Positions 40,498-50,680 of a DNA stretch of 64,000 bases are shown piece by piece. Position 1 is the stretch's first letter; every line of letters starts with the position of its first letter. Location of the stretch: NCBI RefSeq assembly GCF_026210795.1, contig NC_089429.1, positions 7,750,001 through 7,814,000 on the forward strand, in the 5' to 3' direction. The notes under the pieces are model-generated. The model did not search any database. It saw only the letters and a list, made by a program, of their open reading frames with translations, and was not told the DNA's origin. Position numbers and translations under genes: made by a program. The stretch is from Rhizophagus irregularis (taxonomy: Eukaryota).

Positions 40498-43400
40498 AAC
40501 GTACTTGGTCCACTCATTTCATTAGACTTCAAAAGATTCTTCATCTTTATAAGATGATTATTCCTTCTCCCCCTATTTTACCTACTTCTTTATCCTCATG
40601 TAGGCAAGACGATTTTAAACTTTTATTGGCATCTTTAAAGACTATTTCTGATGCCCTCCATGGTTTCCTTCTTCTCAAAGAAAAAGATTTTCAAGATTCT
40701 TCCATTCGTGCCAAATTGGAAGATAGGGACAATAATTTTGAAACCGATATTTCCTCCTTTATTAATTCTGCTCTTTCAAGGACTCGACGCCGCATCACCT
40801 TGGATCGTGTCTTTATCGACCATCCTACACAACCAAAACTTTTGACGGACCCGCATGATATTGATGACGCTGTTATCGACCATTTCCAGAATTCCGTGCC
40901 TATAAAGTCATCTCCCCCTGACAATATTTCCGCTCTTCCAGATAGATGGTCTTCTGCTTATTGCCCTATGGACGATGTGGATTCTTCCATTTACAACTCT
41001 TTGTTGGATCCTCCTACCCTTGATGAATGGCTGTCTACGGTCTCTTTGATGCCGAATGACAAAGCTTCTGGCCCTTCTATGCTTAGCCTATGAGATGCTT
41101 AAGCATCTGGGTTCCAACACTTCAGCTTTGGTTCTAATCCTGGTACAATCATGCTTTCGTACTGCTGATATTCCTGATTTATGGCGTCAAGCTATGGTTT
41201 TCCCTATCCCTAAACCTCACGAATGGAAATGTCAACTCAAGAATACGAGACCTATTACTTTACTTGAAGTAATTAGGAAATCTTTGGTTAAACTCTTTTA
41301 TAATCGTCTCGCTTCCATTTTGGCTTCAAATGAAGTTCTCAAAGGAGGTAACTTCGCCAGTCTCCCAGGTGGTTCTTGTCGCGACCCTATTGTCGTTCTT
41401 GAATCTATTATCCATGATGCTCATGTCAACAAATCACCGCTTTGGATCCTTTCGCAAGATATTTCAAAGGCTTTCGACTCAGTTGATCTCAAGATGTTGC
41501 GTTTCGCTCTAGAACGCATTAAACTTCCTGCTTTTGCTATCAAGTTTATTTTATCCCTCTTCATGAAACGCTCTAATCGCGTTTTTACTGCTCATGGAAC
41601 TACTCCTTCTTACCGTGTTCGCATTGGTATAGATCAAGGCGAAGTTATCTCTCCTTTACTCTGGGTCATATATATAGACCCTTTATTGATTGTTCTCAAA
41701 AATGAAATGATGGATCCATATACGCTTCATGCTCCCTCTTTAATTAATCCTTTGGCTCAGGCTAATCCAGGTGGATTACGAATCAACAATTTGGTCTTCA
41801 TGGATGACTCTACTTTAATTTCGTCATCCAAATCTGGAATGGAATCAATGCTCTCTATTACGGAAGAATTTTATCAAATCAACAATACTTCCGCTAATCA
41901 TAACAAATATGTTTTAATTACTAATTCGTTGCCTTCCACTTCAGTTTTATCACCTTCTCCAGTCGTGTTTGACTTGCAATTATCCGGATTGAACATAGTT
42001 CCTTCCATTTCTATTGTGCCTATCTCCATGAATAGCTCTTTCCGCTTCCTGGGCGTGTGGTTCAATGTCGCTGGTTCTCGTGATTTTGTCAAGAAGCAAG
42101 TTGCTAGAGAATGTAACTCCTTCGCCGCTACCGTACGCCCTGCCAAATTATCTGCTAAACAAATAGTTTATTTACACAACACCGTCCTTATCCCAAAATT
42201 GGAATATCGCATGCAAGTCACTCACCTCTCCGAATCTGAATGTGCCTCGGCAACCAGCAGTATCCGTTCCTTGGTTAAACACAAGGCCAATTTTTCACGA
42301 GTACTCCCTGATTCTATTTTGTTTTTGTCTCAAGGCTTGGGATTGATTAATTTATTTTTTCATCAATCACAAACACATTTAACTAATTTATTTTTGTTAG
42401 CTAATTCTTCTTCTTTTTTTATGAAAAATTTATTTTTATATAGATTACGTTTAATTCAATTTTCTTTTTTAATTCCTATTTCCCCATTGTTAGTTAAAGA
42501 TTGGACTATATGGTCTAAACTTTTTGCTTTTAAACAGGATTATATCGCTTGCACTATTGCTCTCCTGACCACCACTCCCTTCATGTTGTTGCGTTCACAA
42601 CTTTCAACTTTGCCTGACCTCACTATGTCTAATGGTCATACACCTTTATATGATGTTATGACTCCAAAAATTTTTATTTCTTACTTCCGACGTCTTAGAA
42701 GTTTGCAACTATATTACCTATCACAATTTATTACGCCTCAAGGAACCCATATGATTACTTGGAACGTCTATCTATCCAATTTATCGAGCAGGAAAGGTCA
42801 TCGTGTCCTCCCACACAAATGGTTCAATGACATTCACCAATGCGTCACTGTTCCAGGTTCCAACTCTCTCCTTTTGGATCGGTTCTCTTCTGATGCTATT
42901 CCTTCCAATATCGACTTGGTTCCCGCCTTTGGTTCCTCTCGAAAATCCATGAAATGGATCGTAACTTTGGATGATGATGGCTCTCCTCTTTTTGGAAAAC
43001 AGCTCAGTAAACAGCAATATTCCTGCAAGATTGTCCATTGGACTTCTGATTGTGTGACTCGACCTAATGATGTTATCACGCTCACTCCTTGTCCTGGTTG
43101 TTCTAAACATGTACCAGTTACCCATACTAAAAGCAATCCAACAGATGTTACTCCTTTATGTATCATCCCAAAACTCTCTCCTCTTCGATCTTTTCTTCTC
43201 CCAACAACGCAGGAGCGTATTAGACATGACACCACCACTATCGCTTCCCCTTTTACTTGGGCGGACCTTGACGAGACTGTAAGATCCTATTATGGTCGTT
43301 TGGACATTCAACCTAATTTTTCACAAGAAGATGTGGTTACTCTCCCCTCTCCTTCTCCTCTTCCCTCTTTGGGTTCGGCTGCCCCTCTTGCTTTTGCTGC

Positions 43401-45149
43401 CTCACCGTTAGCGACTCCTCCTGATAACCATCATTGTTTTTATACCGATGGTTCTTTAATTAACCTTGGCACTCCTGATGTTTCTATGGGTTGGTCTTGG
43501 GTTCAAGTTCTCGATGGCGCTGGTTTTTTCCAATCTATCGCTGCTCACGCTCATGGAATTATTCACAATTGGCCTTCTTCTACAAGAGCTGAAATTGCCG
43601 CTATACATGCTGCTCTTACAGTCACTCCCCCCTTTTCAACGGTCACTATTCATACTGACTCTCAATCTGCCATAGAGGGTCTTCGTCTATGTGCTACCTT
43701 TTCTTATTCCAACAGTAGGCTTTATTACAAGACCACTAATTTTGAACTCTGGGCTATTATTGAACGTCTCATTTCATCAAAATTTTTGTCCGTCACGGCT
43801 GTCAAAGTGAAAGGTCACTCTGGTAATTTCTACAACGACTACGCGGACTCTTTGGCCAACTCTGCGCATACCTCTTCTTCAGCAATTCTTCTTTCTGATC
43901 TGGATCAAGTATCTCCTCACGATTTCTTATTAAAATATGATGATATTTTATGCGAATCTAACCCACGACGCCTATTTAAGCAATATTCGCAAATGCTGTG
44001 GATGCATAGATTAACGCGTTTATCGCGGTTTAACTTTACCATTGCTTTATCTTCTACCTCAGATTTCGTGATTGATTGGGATCTTACCTGGTTCTCTTTA
44101 AACTCTGAACCTCAGCATGACGCTTCTTTTACTCGTGCTCATGCTTCCTCTCATCGCACCTTCAAATTCAAACTCTTTTTGGAAGATTTACCTACTTTGG
44201 AACATCTTAAAAGAATTCGCCCGGACTTATATATCGACATCTTATTGTGTCGTTCATGTCTCGACTCCAAGGAAGATTTCATGCACTTGTTTATGTGCAA
44301 ATGTAGACGAATCGCTATGGAACAGATTCTCCTTTTCTACCAACATCATTTTATCATCAAACTTCAAGAAGCTGGTGATCTCGTTAAGAAAGATCCCTCT
44401 TTAATTATTAACAAATTTAAATCTCTTCCTTGTTGGTCCTTCTCTTCTTCGAATTGGACTTCATATAGTCTCGTCCGTGGCTGCCTTCCGTTATCCTTTG
44501 TCGAATTTTTTGAAGAACTTTCTATTCCACGTAACTCTGCGATGAAGGTTATCTCTGCTATCCACAATCACTTTATCCAAAAGATCAGAAAACGAATTTG
44601 GCTACCGCGCTCCTATGATAAATCTAAATGGGAAGACGTGATGAATATTACTCATAAACTCAAACTTTCTCGGCCTTCAAATTTGCCAAAGTCCACGTAC
44701 TTACCTTTCTCAACTTTACCTCCTCCGACCCTTTCCGACGCCGCACGTGACTCCGACGTTGATTATTTAAAAAACTCGATGAAATATGGTTTGCCTTGGT
44801 TTAATCACTATTCGGGTTTTATGGGTCGTCTAACGGTGCAACTTACTAACAGCTTTAGCAGGGTGGTGTGTCGATTTTAACAATGGGCGCATTGTTCGTT
44901 GGTTTGTTTGCATAGTTGCTTCTTCTTAGGTTGGAATATATCTAGGCGGGGGATCAGAATAGTTTTAGTGTTATGCGATTTTTTCCTTTTCGAATTAATT
45001 TTATAGCTTTATTACTGTTTTGGAGACTATATAGTTTTGTTTTTAGTTAATTTTATTTTTCCTTTTTTGTACTTTGAAAATTTTATTTTATTTTTGTAAG
45101 TTCGTTAAATAAATTTAATAAAGATAAAGGCTACTATGCCATATTTGCC
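40498..45149 (+). mobile_element. 5'-truncated LINE inserted in the Maverick
   Basis: 15-bp TSD TTGACAAGGACTGAT at 40483-40497 and 45150-45164; T-rich 3' UTR. Confidence 0.9.
40554..44880 (+). pseudogene. LINE RT-RNaseH-Zn finger ORF2, lacking APE, frameshift near 41085
   Basis: QDISKAFD, GIDQGEVISP, FMDD; YTDGS...RAE...TDSQ...KVKGHS..ND.AD; CRSC...HLFMC. Confidence 0.92.
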
Positions 45150-45233
45150 TTGACAAGGACTGATGACGATGTCACTTGGTTATTGTAAATTGAAGATAAC
45201 AATTAGGTATGTAGACACGTACAGAAAAAAGAC

Positions 45234-45818
45234 ATGTCATACCCTTATATAACTAATCCTATAACTGGACGTCCAATCCGTGTTGGTGGAGATACCTTTA
45301 ATCGAATAGTTATGGAATCCCATGATTATATCGATGGAAGGCTTGTCCGTAGACAAACCGTACCGCCTCCACCCCAGGAACAACCTGTATATTTAAATAC
45401 AGATACAGGACGCTATATTCAACACGGTACTAGAACGTATCATAGACTGGTTGAGAGTGACTACGAGGTAGTTGAGGACTACTACCTTGTTCATTCTGAA
45501 GAGGAGGAGCTTATAGAGGAAATCATCAATGAAACGCGCTATAATGAGGAAAATCTTGATGGCCAGCGGTTAACTTTTAATGATATACAACAAATCAGAG
45601 CCGCTATTCAGGCTGACCAAGATGAATATGATGATTTTATCTTACAGCAAGATACGACTAACGGGACACCTTCCTCCGGTCCTTCCGGTCGTCCACGAAC
45701 TTTGGAGGACCATGCCCCGAGACTTGCAGAGCTTAATATTGAGTTGTGTAGGGAATGTCTCATGCCTGTGAGCCCAAGTGACTTAACGGACAAGTTGTGC
45801 AAGGACTGCGCTTCCTAA
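45234..45818 (+). CDS. Protein with two 2-cysteine-adaptor-like NPxTGR repeats and a C-terminal Zn ribbon
   Basis: NPITGRPIRVGGDTF and NTDTGRYIQHGTRTY; CREC...CKDC. Confidence 0.65.
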   Translation: MSYPYITNPITGRPIRVGGDTFNRIVMESHDYIDGRLVRRQTVPPPPQEQPVYLNTDTGRYIQHGTRTYHRLVESDYEVVEDYYLVHSEEEELIEEIINETRYNEENLDGQRLTFNDIQQIRAAIQADQDEYDDFILQQDTTNGTPSSGPSGRPRTLEDHAPRLAELNIELCRECLMPVSPSDLTDKLCKDCAS

Positions 45819-45978
45819 TGGTCAGTCCTCCGGTCCTCTGGTCTTCCGGTCTTTCCAACGGTTGATCCCTTAATGCCAGTTATTTTTTTTTATACAAATG
45901 ACAGGTATTTAAAGATAACAATATATAAAAAAGATTGTGAAGGATACTAAGTGAGCGAATAATCAAAGAAAGATAGCC

Positions 45979-46515
45979 ATGTCAACATCAATCGTAATAA
46001 ACCAGTGTCAGAACTGTGGAGTATTCTCTGCAAAAGCGGCATATAGAGGATTATCCAGCGTGTTGTATAGACAGATTATAAAGAAGATTGGTGACGAGAG
46101 TGAACCTTTACAAGCCTTGGGATTTGCCAGGGATAAGTTGGTCCAGATTATCCGTCGGGCAAGTAATGCGGATTTTACGCAATTATTCACACAAAGACTA
46201 GATATGAAAATTATGGACGGAGATTCATACGAGGATACTAGGAAGTGGCTTCTTGAACAGCTTATAGCCATTGGATGTGACAGTGGGGAAATTGCCTTAT
46301 ATCAGTTCTTACGGAATATATACCCGGATGGTATTGACGAACCCTTTACTACATTCTATGAGAACTATGTAAATCATGTAAGAAATCTGATGACTAAGAA
46401 CTTTGCTTCTCGAGCCTTAGGAGCTATTGGATTAAAAGCTAGGATGCTACGGATTGACTTCGAAGGACGTAAAAAAAGCGCCATGATTCTTAGGGCTTCT
46501 GCGAAGTTAACGTGA
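45979..46515 (+). CDS. Hypothetical protein with a C-terminal wHTH resembling that of the element's helicase
   Basis: DEPFTTFYENY...KNFASRAL..IG aligns by eye with helicase DLPVQEFYRVY...KINASRIL..LG. Confidence 0.6.
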   Translation: MSTSIVINQCQNCGVFSAKAAYRGLSSVLYRQIIKKIGDESEPLQALGFARDKLVQIIRRASNADFTQLFTQRLDMKIMDGDSYEDTRKWLLEQLIAIGCDSGEIALYQFLRNIYPDGIDEPFTTFYENYVNHVRNLMTKNFASRALGAIGLKARMLRIDFEGRKKSAMILRASAKLT

Positions 46516-46541
46516 GATGGGTTGCTAAAGCAACCAGATTC

Positions 46542-47732
46542 TTACAAAATACTATTGATCCCTACTCGTAATGCTCGACGGTCCATATGACCCTTAGAAA
46601 AGATCTGTAAAAGGACCCCGATGCCTTCTATTATTTTTTTATTATCCAAAGGGTGACTAGACTTTAGGACTTCATATCGGAAGAATAACTCCTTTACGGT
46701 CTCAGATTTTGGAATTTCAGTCTTCGCGGTCCTATCCCGTACTTTTGCTAAGAATTTTTGGAAGTCTGATCCCAGGGTTTTACCAGATAGTCCGTAGGCT
46801 TCCCGAAAGACGTACTTAATCCAGGTATCTGCGTTCTTAGCTATAATACCAGATACGAGGAGGTGTTTTCTCTCTTTAGGTGATGGATATTCCCGAGCAA
46901 ACTCAATTAGCTGGGAGGACTTTTTTGCTTCAGCTACAGCTTTCTGGCCATAAGGACTAAACTTTGATCGAACTGGGTTCAAACTCGGATCGAACGGGGA
47001 TTGAACTGAGTTCGAACTAGGATTGAACTGAGATTGATCAGTGATCGAACTGAGACTAGTATCCCATCTAACCCGAATAGATAACGGATCGCTCTTGGAT
47101 CTTCTAAGATCAAATACTATAAATTCGCGTTGTAGAGTAAGGTCATCGATTACTGGAGCTAGTGACTCCGATTCTTCTGTATACTGGCGGATGATCCTCT
47201 TAGTATCGGTCAAACTTCCGTGACCTCCATGTAGGGAAATATAATTCACATTTTCACGAATAGCCTTGGGAATGGTAAAGAATCTTTGGGCCACATAGAT
47301 ACACGAGATATTTTTGTGACGCCCGTGTGTAAAAAATCCAGTGATGAGATCCTGGGTTTTTTTAGGCGCATCCATCAAATCCTCGAAGATTACCACAGTA
47401 GCCTGGGTGGAGTTGAAGTCCTTAACATTTGGAATCTCACTATGGGATACTGCGGTAAACGGAATTTCTTCTTCTTTGAAAAAATCACGTACGACTGCCC
47501 ACTTCGGTTCATCGAGGTATCTGCTAACTAGAATTACCGCATCACATAATATGTACCTTTCGCCATCCTCCTTTGCCTTCTTGTCTCCCATTAACAAATT
47601 AATAATCATAGTTGTCTTACCCGAGTCAGAACTTCCTGCTACGGCAAGACGGAAAGGCCATGATGGGGCAAACTCATTACCCTGTCTCGAGTCGGTCGTG
47701 TACTCGTCCAAATTGTATACATAAAGATCCAT
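46542..47732 (-). CDS. A32/FtsK-HerA-type DNA packaging ATPase
   Basis: Walker A GSSDSGKT, Walker B VVIFED, and the GRHKNISCIYVAQ Arg-finger/Gln motif typical of poxvirus A32 and Polinton ATPases. Confidence 0.9.
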   Translation of the reverse strand: MDLYVYNLDEYTTDSRQGNEFAPSWPFRLAVAGSSDSGKTTMIINLLMGDKKAKEDGERYILCDAVILVSRYLDEPKWAVVRDFFKEEEIPFTAVSHSEIPNVKDFNSTQATVVIFEDLMDAPKKTQDLITGFFTHGRHKNISCIYVAQRFFTIPKAIRENVNYISLHGGHGSLTDTKRIIRQYTEESESLAPVIDDLTLQREFIVFDLRRSKSDPLSIRVRWDTSLSSITDQSQFNPSSNSVQSPFDPSLNPVRSKFSPYGQKAVAEAKKSSQLIEFAREYPSPKERKHLLVSGIIAKNADTWIKYVFREAYGLSGKTLGSDFQKFLAKVRDRTAKTEIPKSETVKELFFRYEVLKSSHPLDNKKIIEGIGVLLQIFSKGHMDRRALRVGINSIL

Positions 47733-47763
47733 TTGAATTTTATTCTATCTTAGTTTAAATACG

Positions 47764-48469
47764 ATGTCGACACCAATTGCAATTTATACTCCTTCAGAGC
47801 CTACTGGACCGCCTCCCTAGGGATTTGCGTGATATGAATAATATACCATTAGTTGCGGTAATTAAGGATCTAACAGATTTTTTAACTGTCAGTGATCGCA
47901 TGGTTGTTAATCGAGATGTACAAAATGCAAACCATCGTCTTAAACATGCTCTTAATTTATTAATTCATCGCTGTAGAGAAACATATGAAGAACGCGATAT
48001 ATTAAAAGCAGAACGTGATCGATCTCGAAAAGAACGTGATGAATTACAAGATGAACTCGAGGTTCAAACGGGTTTGTTAGGTCTTACACAAGATGAGCTA
48101 AATAACGTACAAGATACTATTACTAGTTTAGAAGCTAATTTGGCTGAATTGGAACATGAGTTTGGTGGTATGCGGACGACTAATCGTCGTCTTCAGCAGC
48201 AATATAATCTTATGAGAGGAGAACATAATAGAGCTATAGGTGAACGTAATAGAGCTATAGGCGAGCGTGATGTGGCACGAAATCGGCTTGTATATGCCAA
48301 TAATCGGGTTCTTTTTGGAATTCGGACATTGGGACGTCTTAGGAATCGACTTTTCCAACAAATAGCCGCTCTGCGTATCCAAGTACAATGGTTTCGGATT
48401 AGACAATTGAACCCTCCTCCACCTCCTCTCAACCATCCACAAAATACGATATGGCTGCCGTTGGTATAG
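47764..48469 (+). CDS. Coiled-coil protein with Pro-rich tail, probably the N-terminal part of Gag
   Basis: Long heptad pattern and PPPPP; overlaps the Gag start; ATG at 47764 with a probable 1-nt frameshift near 47790. Confidence 0.55.
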
Positions 48470-49947
48470 CTGCCCCCATATTTCATGGTCGGGAAGATGA
48501 AGATCTTAATCTTTTTATTGATAACTTTTTAGGGTATATTAATACCGTTGGTATTGATCCATTAGACGATGCCGGTGCGCCTCCGGGTCGGGTGCGAGCG
48601 ATGGGGGTTCTTCGTAGCTGTATGAGAGATGAAGCGGCGAGGTGGTTTGATGCAGAACTTACTGGAAAAAATTGGGAACTCTCGAATATTCGGTTAGTGG
48701 CTACTGCAAATGGTGGAGCCGGTACTACTCGCCGAGCGTTCAGAGCTTTAGCTGTTCCTGAGGTTGCTAATGGATTACATGTTGGTACTTACTTACCCGG
48801 GTCTGATGCTGATGTATATTCAAGGGTTGCAGGTAATGCGGCGGTAACCGTTGGAGATGCATTTTTCCCATCACGCGCTGATATCGTTAGAACGAATTTT
48901 AAAGTTGAAGAGCAGTAGAGGCGTGCGGGCGGACGTCCTACTCATCAACCCGTTAATGGGTTGGGAAATCATGGAGGTCCATTTAATGCTGCTGCCCAGA
49001 ATCAACCAATAGTCTTACAGGGGATTCTCCTGGATCAAGCATTTATGCATATGCGTACAAATTTTCCAACCGTCGTGGAAGAAAGACTTCAGATACGATT
49101 TAGTAATCTTTACCAGGAACAAGGTGAACCTGTTCGATCTTACTATAAGCGAGTTGAGAGGGCTGGGGATATTGTAGGATATAATCGAATTATGGTTACT
49201 GACCAGTTCTATAGAGGACTTTTGCCGGAAAACGTTATTGAAGCTTCCAGAATCGGGGCGGCACCTCTTAATACATTAATCGATAGATTAAGTGATCTTG
49301 AGCGACGAAAGGGCGAAATGTTCTATGGATTACAAAGGCGTCAGGGTATTGAAAAGGCTAAAAAAGAGGAATTGGCTGGCTATACTCATCCCGCGACTCC
49401 ACACGAAGGTGCTGTAATACAAAGGTCGACAGACGTTATTACTCAAGAACGATTACAAGAATTGCTCAAGGCACAAGCCGAGGAACTTACCAAGAATTTC
49501 CAGGCACAATTTAAACAATTACAAGCATCTAAGCCAGTTCGTAAACCACCGGTCTATAGACAACAGATTAAACCTGTTCGGCCAAAGCCACGGCCACGCG
49601 TTGTTCAGGATCATCAGGATCCTGATTGGGATGATGGTTATGTAGATCATAATTTTGGTGATGACCCTGGTGACCCTGATGCTCCTGAGTGGACTAGTGA
49701 GGATGATCAACATGTTATTGATCTTATTATGGGATATGAGACGTCTAAAAGATTTCCAAAGAGACTTCAGAAGGCTAAAGATAGACGCGATGATCTGGAA
49801 TTAGCCCGAGCAATGAGAAACCTCGATCTTAATGATGATGCTATGGATATTGATACTAATACCGCGAGTTTTGATGACTTGAAAATTGTTCCCGATGAGG
49901 AAGGTGGTTTTCGGATTTGTGCGGTTCGAAGTACAAAAAAAAAGTAA
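48451..49947 (+). pseudogene. Ty3/Gypsy-like Gag capsid protein with one in-frame TAG at 48916
   Basis: CA-NTD pattern PIFHGREDEDLNLFIDNF...MRDEAARWF; MHR-like LYQEQGEPVRSYYKRV...QFYRGL; AMDID motif. Both ORF halves are in the same frame. Confidence 0.8.
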
Positions 49948-50666
49948 ACTCAGATAAGGGTGTAAGTATCTCGAAACTTCTTAAATCTGTTCCAAAAAAA
50001 TCAGTTAAAATGACTCCTATTAAGATTCCTGTGAAGGTTACTAGTAGTAAGCCCACACTTATAAAAGCCGTCACCAAAAATGATTCATTAAGTTTATTAA
50101 GGTCTGCAGATTTTAGAAAATTACTCCGCGAGATTCTTCGGGAAGAATTAAAGTCTGCTCGTAAAAGTACGGAGATTCCGGAAGACCTAGTTGAGGAAAA
50201 ACAAGAAGAGGATATCAGGGAAGATGACCCGATGGATATTGACGTAGCTCGTTTGGAGAATACTAAAGATCTTTTAGCGCTGGATGGGAAGGTCAATGGG
50301 ATAGCAATTCAGTGTTTAGCAGACACTTGTGCTAACGCGTCTTTTATTCAGAGGGAAGCCGCTGAAGAATTAGGGTTGGATATCGACAAGAGTATTACAC
50401 ATAACATATCCGGCGCTCCGGGTTCTGGTAGGACATTCGGCATGGTAAAAGGTGTGTCAATCAAACTAACCCCTGATTGTGTAATCACTGAGAATCTCGC
50501 GGTTTTAAGCGATTACAAGCATAGGGAGATTGGATTGAGCCGGACGTGTCTGAAACGTTACAATTATGATGTCCATGAATCACGCGAACATATCGCCCTT
50601 ACTTGTAATGAGAAGAATGTTTTTATCCCGATAGTTTCTGATGTGAATCGAGGAGACAAAAAATAG
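49917..50666 (+). CDS. Retropepsin-like aspartic protease in the -1 frame relative to Gag
   Basis: GKVNGIAIQCLADTCANASFI...AEELGL; flap ISGAPGSG..FG; IGLSRTCL equivalent to ILG.D.L; A9 slippery run at the overlap. Confidence 0.8.
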   Translation: MCGSKYKKKVNSDKGVSISKLLKSVPKKSVKMTPIKIPVKVTSSKPTLIKAVTKNDSLSLLRSADFRKLLREILREELKSARKSTEIPEDLVEEKQEEDIREDDPMDIDVARLENTKDLLALDGKVNGIAIQCLADTCANASFIQREAAEELGLDIDKSITHNISGAPGSGRTFGMVKGVSIKLTPDCVITENLAVLSDYKHREIGLSRTCLKRYNYDVHESREHIALTCNEKNVFIPIVSDVNRGDKK

Positions 50667-50680
50667 GGAATATTTATTTT

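Noticed and set aside
40554..44880. The RT as the missing pol of the Gag-protease cassette
   Set aside because: It is a non-LTR (LINE) RT with its own 15-bp TSD and 5' truncation, so it is a secondary insertion.
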